64,000 nucleotides of DNA from Chiloscyllium plagiosum. Taxonomy: Eukaryota. The position numbers and the translations under genes were made by a program. This document shows positions 60,735 to 64,000 of the stretch, in pieces. Within the stretch, counting starts at the first letter, position 1. The number at the start of each line of letters is the position of its first letter. A model generated the notes under the pieces. The model was not told the origin of the DNA. It made no database searches and worked only from the letters and a program-made list of their open reading frames with translations. Location: positions 103,047,566-103,111,565 of the forward strand of contig NC_057718.1 of the NCBI RefSeq assembly GCF_004010195.1, in the 5' to 3' direction.

Positions 60735-61070
60735 TTAAATATCACATAACACCAGGTTATAGTCCAACAGGTTTAATTGGAAGCACTAGCTTTCGGAGCG
60801 CTGCTCCTTCATCTGTTGGTGTTGAGTACCGAGGCTGTTACCGCGATGCCGTCATTGTGGTGGATGCTGGTGTAGAGTGCTGACATGTCCATTGTGATGA
60901 GGAATGTTCCGGTTTGATTGGTCCGTGGGTCCTGAGTTTCTGTAAGAAATCCAATGAAGGAGCAGTGCTCTGAAAGCTGGTGCTTCCAATTAAACCTGTT
61001 GGACTATAACCTGGTGTTGTGTGATTTTTAACTTTGTTCACCCCAGTCCAACACCGGCGTCTCCACATCG
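60735..61070. mobile_element. Penelope-like insert: two inverted terminal-repeat arms enclosing an RT fragment
   Basis: Spacer at about 60818-60952 reads on the minus strand DFLQKLRTHGPIKP/TFLITMDMSALYTSIHHNDGIA, a PLE-type RT motif; TTAGCA(G/A)TTCCA at both flanks. Confidence 0.85.
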
Positions 61071-64000
61071 TGGTTAGCAATTCCAGATTGCCTTCTGCTG
61101 GCTTTGTTCTCTGAGCTGACAGAGCACTGTTTGTAGTTTCTTCCGTTTAGAACATGTTGTTGGTGACACCCCTCCTGATGGAGGAGTATTCTTGGCTCTA
61201 CTTTCAGCGACACAGGTAGCAGACAGGACAAGCGGATAATCACGTTACAGAGCTTGCTATTGAATTCTGTCACTATTTCCTTGTTGCCTTTCTCTACAGC
61301 TACAAAATGTACAAAATGCCTCTTCTTCCATTCCATCTTTTGTACACAGCACCTGTATAAGTGTGCAATACTTCCACTGCACATACTGCCTTTCAGTTCT
61401 GCTTTTCTCCTATTTCCCCCTCATTCATATCGTGTGAAACAGTATGGCTGATTTTTTTTTGTATTCCTCTCTCTGACCTTCCCTGTCCCTTGCAAACCAT
61501 TCTCTGGGCAAACGTACGCCATACCGTGGGATAAAAATGCTCACTTGTATATTTAGACCAACAGCCACTGGAATGTGCACACATTTCCCAGAGGGTGATT
61601 TAGCACACACTGAATACAATCAGCTATTAAAGCAGTTACCAAGCCCACTTTCATACCATTAGTTTACAAACATTTTCTATCTGTTGTTAACTGATCAAGG
61701 ATTGTACAACTTCAGTCAAATCTCAGTCAAGAGGCATCGAATTGAAGGCTTTTATTATTTTTGGGAAAGATTGCGTGAATCAATAAAAAGTTGGGTTCAA
61801 ACAGCAGATGGACATTTGGACAGGAATTTGGTAAGATTAGAGACAATCAGAGCGATTTTAAAGTTTACTTTGACAATATAAATGGATGTGATATAACTTC
61901 ACAACTACAGCCCTTGGCTTTAGGATTTTAATAAGGAAAATGAATAAAGGGCTGACAACACATCCTCATTCCATTCTACATTGGTACCACATTCTCACAC
62001 AAATCACTGGTGTGTTGATAAATACTTCCCTGACACTGTAACAATTGTATCACACTTGATTATTTGGGTGGACAGCCTGCTAACCATTGGTATCAATTGT
62101 TCTGACAAAGCAGTAGATTTGTGCTTCTAAGAAATGTGAGCAACTATATTTCTCCTAAATACTGAATTGTGATATGTATCAGTAGATGTGTTTACAAATT
62201 TTATTAACATTCAACATTTTCAAAGTCATTATTTATTGCCCATCCCTAGTTGCCCTTGAGAAGGTGGGGGGTGAGCTGCCTTCTTGAACCACTGCAGTCC
62301 ATGTGCTGTAGGTAGACCCACAATGCTTTTAGGGAGGAAATTCCAGGATTCTGACCCAGTGACACTGAAGAAACAGCGATATATTTCCAAGTCAGGATGG
62401 GAAGTGGTTTGGAGGGAACTTGAAGGTTTATTGACTTTGCTTGTCCTCTAGATGGTAGAGGTTATGGGTTTGGAAGGTGCTGTCTAAGAAGGCTTTCAGC
62501 GGGTTTCTGGATTGCAGCTGGTGTGGGTAATCCCTCAAAATGAGGATGAAGTATGGTCGTGACAAGAACATGCATGTGGTCTTTAACATGGGGAGACTGT
62601 TATGTGGATCTGGCTGACCAGGAGACCACTTACTATGTGCCATAGATGTATTGGAAGAATTTTCAGACTGATGGTCACACTGTTAAGTAGTATTGTGACA
62701 TATCTCCCATGGTCTTCAAGCTTGGATGTGGGATTTGAACACAGAGCGTCTGGTCCAGTGGGAGAGACGCTATCCATTGCATCAGTCCTCTTTTAGCATG
62801 TGGGACACACACTGGGGCTAATGTGCACCATTGGTGAAGGAAGTGGATGTTTACAGGGTGCTCATCAAGCTATTGCTTTGTCCTGGATGGTATCAAGCTT
62901 TGCAGGTGTTTTTGGAGCAGACAATTGGCAGGTATTCTATCACACTCTTGATTTGAGCTTTGTAGTTGGAGAGCAGATCTTAGGGAGTCAGAACAGAAGT
63001 TATTCAATACAGAATTCTCAGCCACTGACCTACTGTTACAGATAGAGTAATTATATAAATGGTCCCATTAAGTGTCGATTTAATGCAAACCCCTGGGGCA
63101 ATTTGATGATGGCAATGCCTTTGAATCTTCAGGGGAGATTGTTAGATTCTGTCTTGTTGGAGACAATTTGAGGTCTTTGTGTGACCCAGGTGTGGATCAA
63201 AGTGAATTGTGTAGTAGAACTGCACAATTGCATAAAGGAAACACAAAAAATCTGTTAACAGAGAATGGAACATGTTTTTATTAAATATTTCTTCTCTTAC
63301 AGAGGCTCTTCTCCAGAAAACCATCGAGTTTCTGGCTTTATAGGCCCAGCAATGCTGGGGAGCCTTCAGTTTCATAAGAGATGGTGATACCTTAAGTGTG
63401 CATTGGGGTAGGGAGTAGTAATGGCCCTTTTGATGTGTCTGGCATTTGTTCAGAAACCCCAGCTCAATCCCATCCAATAATTACCATACATGGACTTTCC
63501 ACTTCAAACCCACAAGATAAGAAACCACACAGTAAAAACTCTTTCTACATTTTCCACCTACCGGAACGTACCTGTTGATCCCTCCTCGACCCAGACAGAA
63601 ACACCCTGGATCCATTCTTGTCCCAGTTGAGATCATTAACTAAACACAGTTGAGTAGAGAATTGCCTTGGGATTTTTTTTTTTTGACATTTGCCATTTCA
63701 TAAATGAATTCTTAAAAAATGCAATTCAGCTTTCACTATTATTGCAACAACAATAAGTTGCATTTATATCGAGTCTTTAATGCTCCAGGGGTTCTTACAT
63801 TTGATGCACAGAAGAAATTCCCAGTTTACTTTGCACAGTGTGGTGCTTTTTAAAAATGGCCACATCGAGACACTGATTACCAGCGAGGTCCATCGGGGAC
63901 TCATGGTAGTGAGGGGATTGGTGGAGGCAGAGATGGCGCCAGAGAGTGGGTGATTATCATTCCAGCGGGAGCAATGAGGTGAAGGGCACCCATGCCTGGC

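Overview
Vertebrate genomic DNA, most likely from a shark or other cartilaginous fish (inferred from the repeat content: HE1/V-SINE-type SINEs, HER1/CR1-type LINEs, Deu-SINE-like and Penelope-like elements). One protein-coding gene is well supported: ETAA1 on the minus strand. It has 6 coding exons (31938 to 14597, 2940 nt, 979 aa), all GT-AG with consistent phases, a recognisable ATR-activation motif (DIYWDQHSP), two RPA-binding motifs, and a CpG-island promoter with twin CCAAT boxes. The rest is repeat-rich non-coding DNA with two N gaps. Main findings: (1) a CR1 LINE copy at 46620-47374 with roughly 60 strand-specific A-to-G changes in an ADAR-like context, suggesting a hyper-edited RNA that was reverse-transcribed into the genome; (2) at least four families of short Penelope-type inserts carrying minimal hammerhead-ribozyme motifs with covariation, including a U3-A8 core variant, often as inverted arms with target-site duplications; (3) telomeric repeats seeded inside a LINE and then triplicated; (4) an in-frame uORF ending 3 nt before the ETAA1 start; (5) a tRNA-Val pseudogene lying head-to-tail with a SINE. 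All alignments and counts were done by eye, and repeat boundaries are approximate.
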